From Fistulifera solaris (Eukaryota), in the NCBI GenBank assembly GCA_030295235.1, contig AP026176.1:310001-374000 (forward strand): DNA of 64,000 bases, in the 5' to 3' direction. Positions 34,568-46,250 of the stretch are shown piece by piece; the stretch's first letter is position 1; every line of letters begins with the position of its first letter. The notes beneath the pieces are model-generated. The model worked only from the letters and a program-made list of their open reading frames with translations, did not search any database and was not told the origin of the DNA. A program made the translations under genes and the position numbers.

Positions 34568-36462
34568 ATGACCGACGGATGGGACGATGACGACGACAAT
34601 CTCAATCTGGAAGATTCAAATGTCGATGGATGGGGCGACGATGACTTCTTTTTCCAGAAGACGAGGAAGAAGTCAACGTCGATGCGCCTCCTATTCAAGG
34701 TGACACCCAATTAACCAATAATGATGGATGGGGCGATGATTTAGATAGCTTAGATGGTTTGGAAGAAGAGAGTGTACCGTCTTCTCGTTCGTTAAGAAAC
34801 GAAATACAACAATATTGGGAACAATTAGAACATTTGCAATCGTCATTGAATGCGGTCTTAGAATCGGAATACAATACACCGGAAAAAGCACAAGAATTGT
34901 TTCATTATTATAGTCAACGACCCGCTCTACGAGAGTATACCATTCACAAGGAACTGCCGCGGATGCAGTATACTTTGATAACAGCAGACGGTGATGTGGT
35001 GGAAGATCTCGAAACAATGGCCGCGCTACTGCAACACGATCCCACGTTAGTAGCCCACTGCGCGAATCAGTCCTTGTTGGCGGATTTGTTGCAAGTCTGT
35101 ACCGGACCCGATTTACTCGTAAGACCGCAATATCTCGCGTCGGCCGTGGCCGATCACGTCCAATTTCGTTTGGATCTCGCGGCGGCGGTTGTACAAGTGT
35201 TGGCCTTCCTTACCGTATCCTTACCGACGGAACAAGGACGATGGTCGTTGGCGACCGTTCAAGTACAAGTTGTGTTTGGTTGTCATGCGCAACAACAACA
35301 ACCCTTTGTTGAATATCACATTCGATCCATTCAAAGAAATTCAACTCCCAATGAACTGCAGGCTTGTGTCCGATTCTTGTCGTCGCACCTGGAGGATCTG
35401 CAGGACACGCCACCACAACTCGACTTACCACCAACGACAAACAGCGGCAACAACTTTCGTGATTTGTTTTTGCAGCAATCGCAAGCCGTTTGGGCACAGT
35501 CCGCGACCGGATTGCGATCGGCGTGGAAGGATATGGACACGGTGACGGGATTGTCACAGAAATTGCCGCGATTTTTGCCCGACGATGTCCTGTTGGAAGC
35601 CGCGGCGGCATCGGAACACCAACAACAACAACCAGTTCAACGACCATCATCGATTTTGGAAGGTTTCGTGCGGAGCGGATTGACGAAATTGGCCCAATCG
35701 GTAGCGTTGCCGGACGAAGATCCTTCGTTGTATACGGATGTACCCGTGCGCATTCCGCCTCCCAATCCTCGATGGACACATGGACCGCCGCATCCTTCCA
35801 GTGCTGGCAATCCATTGTATCGCCTGGCGCAAGGATCGCAGCATGCTCGTCAGCCATCCAGTGATAATAACCCTTTGGATCGATTGACACATGGATCGCA
35901 GCATTCTCGCCATGCATCCAGTGGCAGTAACCCTCTGGATCGAATAACGCAAATGCCATCCAATCCGGTATCGTCCCAGGTACGGGTCAATCCGTTGGAT
36001 CGATTGACACAAGGACATTTCGACGGTCCATCCTCGGGTGCATCAATCAATCCTTTGGAACGATTTACGAAAGGCCACGCGGACCCTACATCAGCGAAAT
36101 TTAACCCGTTGGATCGACTCACGCAATTGCAAAATCAGCCACCTTTGACCCATACTGCTCTTGCCAATCCTTTGGATCGACTCACGCAAATACATTCGAA
36201 ACCGTCCATTGAATCGACTGCATCGTCCGTGATAAGAAATGGTGAAAGTGACAAAGACGAAGAAGACGACGTGGTGGAATATGGATGGGACGATGTGGAT
36301 GATTTAGATCTAGATGACAATGAAATGGACACGAATCAAGTTCCCTTGGCGGACAAGCTACCTCCAGGGTACAAGTACAATCCAGAAGATGATATCATTC
36401 CCACACGCCGACGATGGATTGATCCAGACCCAGGTATACGAATTCCGCGTCCTGTTCGTTGA
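34568..36462 (+). CDS. Hypothetical protein with acidic (D/Y)GW(D/G)DD motifs and ~20-aa NPLDRLT repeats; frameshift near 34650
   Basis: ATG at 34568 gives MTDGWDDDDD...DGWGDDD. The long ORF 34759-36462 carries the repeat array and a YGWDDVDD motif. Confidence 0.7.
35809..36190 (+). repeat. Intragenic ~60-bp tandem repeat (7 units, NPL(D/E/Y)R(L/I/F)(T/A))
   Basis: Unit starts at 35809, 35869, 35929, 35989, 36049, 36103 and 36166. Confidence 0.9.
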
Positions 36463-36565
36463 AGAACGCACAACAGAAATGACTTAAGAATCAAGCTGTA
36501 TCTGTGTCGCTGCTTGTCGACAATTTTGAATCGGGTACTTTGTTATAATAATAGCTTTAGCTCAT

Positions 36566-38437
36566 CTATGATTTCATTTCTCTCGACGCCATACGCACGT
36601 CCTCCAGTGTTATGAGAAGATCATCCGGAATCGTTCCACCCTGATTTCGCGTGCGCTTGAGTGCCAGAGATCCAGAAGAACGAACCAATCCAGCAATATC
36701 GGCACCCGACCATCCTCCAGTCCAACGTGGGGCGGAAAGATCGAAAATTTCAGACACGGACGGTACCGCAAACATTTTTATAGGTAGACGGCGAAGAAGA
36801 CGCCGTTGCCATCCTCTCATGTACATTCTGGCTTTGGTATCCCCATCAATGGCGCGACACAAAGGTTGACTCAAGCGTCCACTGCGTCGCAGAGCATCGA
36901 ATTGTAGTTTCAAAATTTCTCGCCGTCCCTGTTGATCTGGAAGAGGTATTTCAATATGGACTTCCAAACGTCCAGGTCGGAGAAGCGCGGGGTCTAAAAG
37001 TTCTTTCCGATTGGTCATTCCAATAACGAGCACATTGTTCAAGGCTTGTACTCCATCCAGTTTGGATAAGATTTGGTTCACGGCCGATGCCCGGGTCACT
37101 TCCGCGCTTCCCTCGCCAGCGGAACGCTTCCGGAACACAGCATCGATTTCGTCAATGACAATGACATGCAAAGCCGACTTGGTCGCATCACCTCCGCAAG
37201 CCTTTAACTCGTGTTCGGCATCCATAAATAATTCTCGAATCAATTTTTCACTTCCACCGACCCATCGATCGAGCAGCTCGGGGGCACTCACAATTTTGGG
37301 AGGGACGGCATCTAAGATGTTGGATATTTCCCGTGCCAGTGCTGTTTTCCCACATCCGGGTGGACCGTACAACAGCAGCCCACGGACGGGTTGTAAACCA
37401 AGATCCATCAATCCTTGCATTTCTTCTCTTCTTATTCGATTCAACGTATCCGATTCGTCAGTATTATCATCAAGTGATGCCATTCCTGCAAAAGCGGGGC
37501 GGAGTACACGGCCATCGAGGACACGTCGAATGATTTGTTCGATTTGTGGTTCCAGTCCACCAAGCGTTTTGGAAAATGTCTTGTCCCACTTATGTACATC
37601 CGTATCACTGTTTTGATTCAATAGAGAACGCTGTTGATCGGTGGCGTTCTTCGGAGAGGCACGGACCAAAAAGGTATCGGGAGAAATGGGCAAACCAACC
37701 ATATTTGTTCCCAAAGGTGTTTCGGATTCCAAACCCTTGGGCAAAAGAATCAATTCCATCAAAATACAGGGTCCCATATCCACGGCTTCATAATTTCGTT
37801 CGGGTCCACCATACTGTAACCAAGAAGGTGTATCTTCGTTACTGACTTGGCGCCGCTCTCCAGTGCGACGACCATTCAATCGACGAAATCGCGTGACACC
37901 TCCCTGCAACAGTTTTCCGTGGATCATGGTACCCGCAGGTGACTGCAGACTTTGCTGTAACATAGATCCAGATGGCAATAGAATCAAGTGACAAGCCACA
38001 CGCTGCACGAAGTCGGACGACAAGTCCTGGTGCGAAAACGAAGTATCGTACTGTGTCATTCGAGCAGTAACCCGCGTACGAAGTTCTTGCGAAAGGTCAA
38101 CAATAGCTGGTGCGGGACAATTCGAAAGCCAGCGAAAACACGTTTGTACTTGTTCGTCGGCATCGGTGGGTAGCAAGGAGAAAGAATCCAAACAGTCACG
38201 TAACGCCTTGGAGGATTTTTCATCGACCCAATTCGTCCATCCGGTCGATGCACCATCGAAGCCTTGATCACGCTTTACATCACTCTGGAATAAGCAGTGC
38301 ATCACATTGCCGGCCAAATCATTCCAAACAGTCGTTTGAAACGAAGTTCTTCTTGAGAAAGTCGGCGAAATCGGACCCACAAACGCAGCGGCGTACGAAA
38401 GCAGGAAAACGAAAAGAGACCCGCTTGGACGATTCAT
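36566..38437 (-). CDS. AAA+ ATPase with a single NSF D1-like domain and bipartite plastid-type presequence
   Basis: LGGLEPQIEQIIRR, Walker A GPPGCGKT, WVGGSEKLIRELF, Walker B LHVIVIDEIDA, SRH GMTNRKELLDPALLRPGRLEV and SGADIAGLV. N-terminus ...LLSYAAA|FVG. Confidence 0.85.
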   Translation of the reverse strand: MNRPSGSLFVFLLSYAAAFVGPISPTFSRRTSFQTTVWNDLAGNVMHCLFQSDVKRDQGFDGASTGWTNWVDEKSSKALRDCLDSFSLLPTDADEQVQTCFRWLSNCPAPAIVDLSQELRTRVTARMTQYDTSFSHQDLSSDFVQRVACHLILLPSGSMLQQSLQSPAGTMIHGKLLQGGVTRFRRLNGRRTGERRQVSNEDTPSWLQYGGPERNYEAVDMGPCILMELILLPKGLESETPLGTNMVGLPISPDTFLVRASPKNATDQQRSLLNQNSDTDVHKWDKTFSKTLGGLEPQIEQIIRRVLDGRVLRPAFAGMASLDDNTDESDTLNRIRREEMQGLMDLGLQPVRGLLLYGPPGCGKTALAREISNILDAVPPKIVSAPELLDRWVGGSEKLIRELFMDAEHELKACGGDATKSALHVIVIDEIDAVFRKRSAGEGSAEVTRASAVNQILSKLDGVQALNNVLVIGMTNRKELLDPALLRPGRLEVHIEIPLPDQQGRREILKLQFDALRRSGRLSQPLCRAIDGDTKARMYMRGWQRRLLRRLPIKMFAVPSVSEIFDLSAPRWTGGWSGADIAGLVRSSGSLALKRTRNQGGTIPDDLLITLEDVRMASREMKS

Positions 38438-38537
38438 TCGCTTCCTCTGTATTGCTGCAGACTTTAATAGCTTTGTCGATGTTCCTGTCCCCTATCGACC
38501 ATCGCTATTAGAAGAAGTACTGCCGTTCATCATCGCT

Positions 38538-38780
38538 TCATTTCATTGCGATATTTTGCTTTTTGCCATCGGCAACCCGCAGAGTACCGGTACGAACGTC
38601 GTAGCGTGTCTCGATCGGAGTCGCGGGTACAGCTGGTTGCATGATGGGCCAAATCTCATGTAGACCTACGTAGAACCCTACCGCAACGGACAAAATTTGA
38701 TTTTGAGTCGCGGTCCAAAAACTCCTCCAAAACCCTCTCATCGCGACAAATCTCGTGTTGTTTTCGACGACGCTGATCAT
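38538..38780 (-). CDS. Small hypothetical protein with one hydrophobic segment
   Basis: 80-aa ATG ORF containing ILSVAVGFYVGL. No family recognised. Confidence 0.35.
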   Translation of the reverse strand: MISVVENNTRFVAMRGFWRSFWTATQNQILSVAVGFYVGLHEIWPIMQPAVPATPIETRYDVRTGTLRVADGKKQNIAMK

Positions 38781-40131
38781 GCTATTGTATTGATCATTTC
38801 TCTTGCCAACGATCGCACCCCGAAGACCTGAGTACTTATTTTAAATAAAATTCAATTCTGCGTCGACTGATATAAAAAGGTCTTCGGGTCTCGATGGAGT
38901 TCACGAGATATATAAGCGATTCAAGACAAGTGCCTCTGTCCAAACGAGATTATGTTCGACAAAGATCAAAACAATTCGACTCAGGACAATCTTACAAGGC
39001 TACAACTTAGTATAATAGATTCAATACGTTAATAAATTATCGGACACCATTTATAGAAACGATAGATAGTAAAGCCTTGATGAATCAGAGCAAGTTTAAA
39101 GGTCTTTACAGGCCGCAAAATAATTTTCCTCGACTAAGAAATGCGCATGTAAGGAATTCTTAAAAGCTTCATGCAAATTCCACTCGAGACTACAAGTAAA
39201 TGATATAAGGATGCATACAGTTACTAGGAAGGGGGCGAGCAGTGTGGTGAAGGGGGTGCTGAAACTGTCGGCGAGAACGATCAAGCTGCTTGTTTTCTTA
39301 TCTATTGTTCGCAAAAGAAGATGAAACACAACAGATAATTACAATTCAGTCCCAGTACTGCTAATTAAGCATTTACTTTTATCAGATATCATTTACCGAT
39401 CGAGCTAGTTGTTAAAAGCGGTCGCTTTATCAAGTAATTGCAAAAAAGTGAGCATAGTGGAAATGCGTGCGTAAAATAAGCGTGTGGAGACACGTGACTG
39501 ACTCGTGACCGATGATTTTGAAGGAGATTATGATCAATTAAATGTAGTTCTACTCTGACTTGAAACGTTTTACTTTACAAAACGATTATTTGAAATAATC
39601 GAAATCATAATCGATAATCAAAAACGGCCAAACAGTTGTTTTCAAAACTAGAAGCTTGATTTATTGAATTATTGTTAACTTCTACGGACCAAAGTGCACG
39701 TAGAATTTGTACTGCGTAATACAAAATTTACGAGGGGGTACATGCATTGAAGTCCGACTGCAACCAGCTGTAGGTGTCATCAAGTTAGTTTGAAAAGAAG
39801 ATGGAATGAGTCTACGCAAACCTGCGGGCACGAGTTTTTTGCTGCTGTTCGAATGAAACCTACGCAATCGGAAAGGTCAGTCAGACTGCTCCAACTAGCT
39901 CTTAAGATCTACAGCTATTGCGCCTGACGAAAGAACTTCAAAGAGCAGAGATACATGGATTAATGATACTTATGAAAGAAAGACCATCCATTCATGAAAG
40001 AAAGCAGGAAGTATACAACCACTAGTGCCATACGCGGGTTTGACAACGGTAGAAGTAGATCATGTGTCGAGATAATCACATTTGGAAAAGTACAATTGGT
40101 TAATTGAATCACACAAAAGAAATCGTCATTC

Positions 40132-40690
40132 CTAATGATAAGTTCGGCGATACGCTCGGCGGCGAGTTCCGCTGTCATCGGTCGTCGAATAGCTTTTCTT
40201 ACTCGCTTTCCCACTCGTGCTAGATGTGCTGTCATCCGTGGTCTCTCCACTGTATTTACTCTTTTGCTGGCTTTACCCGATGATCCGCCCTTGGCACTGC
40301 CCTTACCACTTCCCTTACCACTGGATTTTGAATATTCCTCACCGCTCGATTTACTGTAGCTGCCTTTGCCTTTTCCCTTGCCGCTGGACGACTTTTTTCC
40401 TTTTCCGGAACTCATGTCATCGTCCGACCAGTCATCATCGGTGGATCCGGCGTCGTACATGGGAAACACTCGCATATCACTCACGACGACACTGTTATCC
40501 GACACGAGACCGCGTAGTCGCTGTGAAGGAAGAACGGAAACTAAGTTAGTTCTTGTTTCGAACAGTGAAATCTAATCGATACCAGGATCGAAGTCTCAAA
40601 TCAGCTTACATTTGATTCTTCTGTATTTCGCTGTGCCTGGACCACCAAAATCATGAAGCAGAGTAAGGTCGGCTTGTATAATAGTATCAT
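40132..40690 (-). CDS. Secreted Lys/Ser/Gly-rich silaffin/cingulin-like protein; intron 40521-40609; frameshift ~40262
   Basis: Signal MILLYKPTLLCFMILVVQA, RLRGL (RxL), an acidic STDDDWSDDD stretch and SGKGK/KSSGK/KASK clusters. The shifted frame ends ...TTDDSGTRRRAYRRTYH*. Confidence 0.65.
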
Positions 40691-41379
40691 GGTTCTATTA
40701 TTTCGTTTATTTTGCTGGAGTTACGTGGAATGAATGTTTGCGAACACACGTTTTCTGTCAAAACAAGGTGCAAAACTATCATCGCAATCATCGCATCAAT
40801 GAAGTACTGTTGGACCACCCAAGTAACCAAAAGTAACCAAGTGCCATTTTCCGGGAAAGTACTTTTATGATCACTGTGAAACACAATGAGTTCGTAAGTC
40901 CATAGATTTTTTGTCCCTAATTCGGCCATCCATAATGAAACGACGCGCAACTTCTCCCACCAACGTGTACCTCCTTTAGTGCAACACGTGTTACTTATTA
41001 AGTAAAAGGAGTCGCACAAAATTACTTACGGAGAGAGGCACTTAAATAACAAAAATTATTACAGAGGTATCTTCCAAGATAGTCTGTAGGGAACGATCCG
41101 GGGTACTCATTGCAGTTATTGGTTGTCGTGGTTTTGATTTTGAAATTTGAAAAGGGAAGGTAAGCATGAAAATGGTATGCTTCACAATTAGACTTACATT
41201 CTATGGATTTGTTAGAAGATAGAACGTGTGGAAAAGATAGCAAGGAGTGTCATCCATAGCTAAACTCCGCGTGCGCATGGTCGCTTGCACGGTCGGCCAT
41301 CCTTGCTTTTACAAACGTCAATCGTGCCTCGTGTAGTCTTTAAAATTAGTTGACGGCTGTAGGTTTCTAAGGGTCAAGT

Positions 41380-41499
41380 CATCTCCCTTAGGAACAGCTA
41401 CTGCCATTGATCCCGTTCCAGTATATACTCCGGGTAGATTAGTTAGCTTGCCATCTCCCTTAGGAACAGCTACCGCCATTGGTCCCGCTCCAGTATATA
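41380..41499. repeat. 48-bp duplication (72-bp spacing) of the ALG12 stop region
   Basis: 41380-41427 versus 41452-41499, 3 mismatches. Confidence 0.9.
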
Positions 41500-43046
41500 A
41501 ATTGTCGGCTCTGTCGCGATTTGCCGATTCCTCCAGTCCAAGCGAGGATTGCCAGGAGCTACGGCAATCGAGTGAAATCCGTCCCGTTCCTTGAATTCAC
41601 CAACTAAATGCGTAAACCTCAGTTCTTCTTCGTTTTTAGCTTGTTGATTCTCCAATTCGTATCCATCCTTGTAAAATGTAGCCGACGGCCAAACATTCTG
41701 AACTGCTCTTTGTTCAAATAAAGAAACTCCCGTCATGGCGGCCGATACATCAATATGAACACGGAGTTCCTTGTCGGTGGGTCGCACTGACTCTAATTCT
41801 TGTTCCAGCAATCGCATTGCTTGACCTCCCGGATAATTCCATCGCGACACTGCCACAAAGAGAGAACTCGCAACAAACGAAACAATACAAGCTAGAATCC
41901 CCAGTCCAAACAAGAATTTTCCGACGCGCGTCGTTGTCGACGACTTGTCTTTTCTCCGAGGGTCGCGCCAGACGCTCCAATCGTTGCAATCCCGCGGCAG
42001 CGCACAAATTGAAGAGAGGCAATACGGGAAACAGAAATCGCATTTCCTTGTGCCCTAACAGCGAATACAAAGCCACGAATCCCAGTGCTGGTAATAAGAA
42101 TGGCAAGTAGGTCGGATCAATCCACGGCGGCCGCATGGGTGGCCGTTGATTTTCCAGTACCACCATTTCGATAGCAACCAATTGTTCCGGAAGACGCACG
42201 ACACTCCACGGCACCAAAAAATCCCGTCAGCAACAATGCTTTCGGCAAAGCCGCCGTCCAATACCAGTGCCACGCACTGACACCCCAATCCGAAGATTTG
42301 TTGAGAACCGTATTATAATAGAAGACTCTCATTTCCGGCCATACCCATTTTTGCCACATGAGCGAATCGAAAGGAACCGTTAGGATGGCCGCCGCTATCA
42401 ATGTGAGAATACCGATACGCAAGGCTTTTGTGACAGTCAGTTGTCGAGTGATCAACCACGACAAGCCCACCGTAAACAGCAACAAGATCAAATCACACCG
42501 CAGCACGGCCGCCGCCAACACCAAACAAACCGCCGCATACGAAACACGCCGTTGCATCCAAAAGGCGTAACAATGCAAGGTCAAAATTGTCGCGGTACTA
42601 TTGGGCAACATCCGACTGGCATAAAAGGGCAAATGAAATTGACAGGCCGTGACAATCAACAAGTACGCCGAGACCGCCGTCGCATCCGCAAAACGAAACC
42701 AGGCGTGCAATGTCACAATCAATTGCGACAGACGTGCCAGGGTTTGTATCAATCGCGGATGTTCGGCCAAATCGTACGCGGGGAATATCAGCAGACGAAG
42801 GAATTGACAGATCCGACTCCACAGCAAGGGCCCCAGAAAGGATCGCGGCACGACACCCGGATATTGTAAATGATCATAATTCAACGTCGTGTTACTGTCA
42901 AAGAAGGACGGAATTCCTTCATAAAACAGATCGTGTGTCGCTTGGATTCCAAAGGACTCTTCGACCTTGGAGAAGGGACAGGCGAATAAACTATACAACA
43001 TCGTGGCGGTGAGAAAGCATTTGGAGAATTGGTGAAGTGAAAGCAT
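41470..43046 (-). CDS. ALG12: Dol-P-Man alpha-1,6-mannosyltransferase ALG12; frameshifts ~42217 and ~41917
   Basis: PFSKVEESFGIQATHD, YDHLQYPGVVPRSFLGP, FHLPFYASRMLPN, FYYNTVLNKSSDWG, HKEMRF, NYPGG and VHIDVSAAMTGVSLF. Confidence 0.92.
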
Positions 43047-43449
43047 CACTTCTTTCTTGCTATAGTCTTTTTGTGTTGAAGAAAAAAGCGGCGTAGCGTA
43101 CTGCTTGTGTGGCTGTTTCCTTAGTTTGGAATCATTCTCTTCTTAAATGAAGGTATGAAACAAAAAGCAATAAAGAATGCTTTGCAAGTCGTTGCGGGTT
43201 GCGGATCATCGCGTTCTCATCGAATGCCGTTCGGTTGCATTTATGGATAAGCAGCAGACAGGTTTAAGAACTTCGAGTAGTTTTTTCAGCCTGTGGCTTT
43301 TGGAATGAAAGACGGACACAACCATTAGTTTCGACGTCCGAGTTACCGACACCGACGAACCGTCGTACAGAAACCGTGACCCGATTAAGGTTCTGGCTGC
43401 TCAAGTGCGTGAAAAGCGTAGCTCGTTTCTCACTCATGCGCATTTGATT

Positions 43450-46250
43450 AATGGATAATAAAATCCTAAATATTTATTCCTAATTTTCCTGAAATGCGGA
43501 TGCTTTTTCGACATTTGACTGAATTTTCCACTGGTTTTTCTCTTTTGGCACAAATATTGTTTTTTCTTTCTTTCAGAAACTCCGATTTCTGAATCACTGT
43601 ACCACAGTTAGTAGTAAAGCGACAAACCTGCGCCGGTTTCCCAGTGCGGAGGATTAATCGTTACAACATACAAGTACTTGTGGTCACACCCGTTTCATAC
43701 CTCATACTCAATGCTGATGACTGATGACTCAAAACTCAAACATGTACTCGTCACTCATCACTCACCACTCGTAACTCGTAAAGTACCAGTAGGGTTAGTT
43801 TTAGTTACACCCGTTTCATACTTCATACTTCATAACCAATGCCGATGACGCGAAAGTCAAACACTCAGGGCCATTTCTAACCGGAATGTTCGCAATTCGT
43901 AATTTCGTATTCGCGCGGTCGCGCACGTTTCCATTTTGCCCAAACGAGAGGGAAATAAGAAAATACGAAAGTTCTCGTCTGTCATTTTCTCCGGATACGA
44001 ACGCGAAATGCGAAAATACGAATACGAAACTTCCGGTTAGAAATGGCCCTCAAACATGTACTCGTCTATTCCGATTAGCGGTCTTTGACCCTACGTCATC
44101 ACAGTGTCACTCCGACATCAATACGGTTCTCAAAATAAACTCCACGTGTAACCTTTTCCGAATCATTTTTTTCAAAGGATGTCGACCTGGCCGGCTCGTT
44201 TTGACCGTTTCTTTTTTGGATTTCGAAAGAGCCGGCCGGTTCTTTGACAACGAACCTTCGCATTCGTGCACCAAGAGACGCTCACAAAAAAAAAACATCA
44301 CGTCAATCATTATGGTCTATGGTCCGCAGCTCTCTTGTTGTTTCTTTGCGTAAGTCTTTGCTTCTTTTGAAAGTAAATAAGTTTTTAAATGTCACTCATT
44401 ATGGTTATCTTTGGTCCACTCTCTTGCAGATATTTTCACGTGATCGAAGCGTAGATCCTTTCGCGTGTGTGTCCACTCGGTCGCAATTGTTTTCGGAGTA
44501 ACTGTCGTCCGTATGTTCACGTTCTGGTGATCCAATGTTGGCTGCTGTGGACAGGTTTTCATTTGGGCCCTCTTGTTGGTGATTCATGGAGTTTTTGTAA
44601 AAGGGTTGCTTCATTTTTTGCTTGACCGATCGACTCATCATCGAGGCGACGTTCGTTCTCTCGCTTCTTTGATCTCTCGTTCTTCTTTTTGATTCAAACT
44701 TTGCTCAGTTTGATTATGGCTATGTTGGGCGTTGGCTTAGAGTCCAGGGCACCTCAGATGGCGTTCGAAATTGCCGTTCCCCTGCTCTTGCACGTGCGAG
44801 ACTTTTAAAGAAGTTTTTGCAATATAACAAACACTCAAAAACCTTTCTTCATACCGTAATCTCTATAGGTGAAACCAGTATAATATTGTTATTTAACAGG
44901 CGTCTTTTGTTCATGTTATTTACGTTCTTGTGTCGACTCATGCAAAAGAGACGGTAGATGGTTTCTAAAATTCATGTGCACATCAGCGATTGTATCGAAA
45001 GACTTGATAGTAAATTCTCCGAAACATAAGGATGAAGCGTGAACTATCCGCTGTTATTATTATTATATCTATCTCAGAAAGTGCTCAAAATAGGAAGCTA
45101 GTTGTGTTCAAAACGTAGTCTATACGTACAAATACATAATCTTACATTGAAATCATATGTGAGCAAACAAATAATCAAAACACCAAGTAAGCAATTTGCT
45201 CCTAGGACCCGAAGCTGGGAAACTCAGTGATTCCATTCACCAGCGCATGCGTCGATGTACTGGTCTTATTGTTGGAACGTTTCACCGGTGAAAAGACTGA
45301 CAACAGGCTATCATTAACTCGAACGAGTGTGAATTGCAAGCAAAGGGAAGAAATCAATATCGAAGCTATCAAAATATTGAAGCAGCGAACAACGAAGCAA
45401 TCGGTTGAATGTCAAGCGAGTGAACAGATGAACGAATAAGAGACGACCGACCGACCAACCGACCGGCTAAGAAGCATTCAACAAATCGAAAAAGCCGGCT
45501 CGCAAGGAAACCCATTCGCTTGGTCACGATTCATTACGAGCAAATGGAATTAATCGTGACCAAGAGCACTGCAACGAGCAAGAATGATGAACACCGAGAC
45601 GCCGAGAGAGATGATCGGTGCATCAATCGACGTGAACTATCTGCGAGAATGGCGTCTCAAAGTTGTAAGTGGCACAGGAAGCAAGAAATAAGTCGAACAC
45701 AAACACTTACGCAAATGAATGGTCAATAGTGATTATAAGCAGTGCATGGGGGCATTGTGAGAGGAGTGTTGTGGGTTGTGGGTCGTGGGTTGTGGCAATC
45801 GGTTGTGGTTGTGTGAGAGGTGAGAGAGCCACTATGGACGTGAAAGATTTGAATTTTGGCTGTTTGTCACGGTTTCTCAAGTATTTTCTTTGAAGGAATA
45901 TTTACTTAGACGTCAACGGAAGACTGTTGAATTCGATTAGAAGCCGGCTCGCTCGAAAAGGAGTCAGCGCGAACGGTCGACGTAAGGTCGCAACCCGATG
46001 GGAGGGCGGACCAACCGGTAATGGATGATGACGTAGGGTCAACGACCGCTAATCGGAATAGGTTCAGAGTTCAGAGTAAGCAACGAACTCCAATGTCAAA
46101 AAAATTCGGATGACCGAAGACTGTCACAATTCACAATCCACAATTCGAAAACCAAAAATAGCCTAAAAATTCAGTCGAATGTCAAAATTACATTCTGACT
46201 TTACCAGGTAGGAAATTAGTAAATAAGTAATAATCGTGGTTGTCCAATGA
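43450..46250. mobile_element. Decayed long inverted-repeat (foldback/MULE-like) relic; ends approximate
   Basis: Nested inverted matches: 44066-44101 with 46026-46061 (35/36 identical), 43505-43527 with 46166-46187, and weaker pairs near 43470/46210 and 44222/45940. No credible ORF inside. Confidence 0.55.

Noticed and set aside
35809..36190. Regularly spaced ~60-bp repeats as a CRISPR array
   Set aside because: The repeats are in frame, vary at synonymous positions and lie within a eukaryotic ORF. No cas genes are present.
45769..45812. TTGTGGG repeats as interstitial telomere
   Set aside because: Only about 4 imperfect units and not TTAGGG-type. They are better explained as one of the many heptamer stutters.
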